A stretch of 64,000 bases of DNA from Octopus sinensis (taxonomy: Eukaryota), in contig NC_043015.1 in NCBI RefSeq assembly GCF_006345805.1, forward strand, positions 14,818,001 to 14,882,000. Reading direction: 5' to 3'. The notes under the pieces were generated by a model, which was not told the DNA's origin, made no database searches, and worked only from the letters and a program-made list of their open reading frames with translations. A program made the translations under genes and the position numbers. Positions 63,687-64,000 of this stretch are shown piece after piece. Numbering within the stretch: position 1 is the stretch's first letter; every line of letters starts with the position of its first letter.

Positions 63687-64000
63687 GTAAGTACATTTCT
63701 ATATTCTTTCTCAAATAAAAGAACTCCCTTATTCTCTTATATTGCATAATCATTTCTTTTTGTTGAGATCTGTCCCAAGAGTAATGATTACTTTCATTGT
63801 TAAGGTCAGTTATGTTTGTGTATATTTGTGTCTGCAGGGAAAGAGAGAGAGAAAAAAAGAGAGACATCATTAAAGATTGTAGCAATCACTGCTGTCTATG
63901 ATAAATTTTGAAAGTTTCTCTCATAACAACTTGTTAAGAAACTTTGAGTAAAGAACAACATTCAAAATTCTTAATAAGAATGGTTTTTCCAAGTAAACAC

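Overview
AT-rich, microsatellite- and transposon-dense animal DNA. The repeats (tRNA-headed SINEs, RTE LINEs with (GAT)n tails) suggest an octopod cephalopod; this is an inference. The only host gene I can support is a + strand, intron-rich cAMP-receptor-like (Dictyostelium CAR/CrlA-, GCR1-, GPR157-type) 7TM receptor. Nine GT-AG exons at 9028-63686 splice in frame into 633 nt / 211 aa, covering the end of ECL1 to just past TM7. The TM1-2 exons and the C-terminal exon were not found and probably lie outside the window. Introns hold RTE, CR1-like and Penelope-like retroelement fragments, three SINE families, several MITEs and one decayed full-length mariner. Most ORFs in the supplied track are microsatellite or repeat artefacts. 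The features most worth following up are: a 99-nt stop-containing candidate poison exon upstream of the ICL3 exon; several perfect local inverted duplications inside otherwise decayed elements; long fold-backs around the last two exons; a five-unit mosaic concatemer of an RTE 3'UTR; and a PHD finger embedded in the RTE ORF. I found no convincing wholly new multi-gene system. All coordinates and alignments were done by eye.
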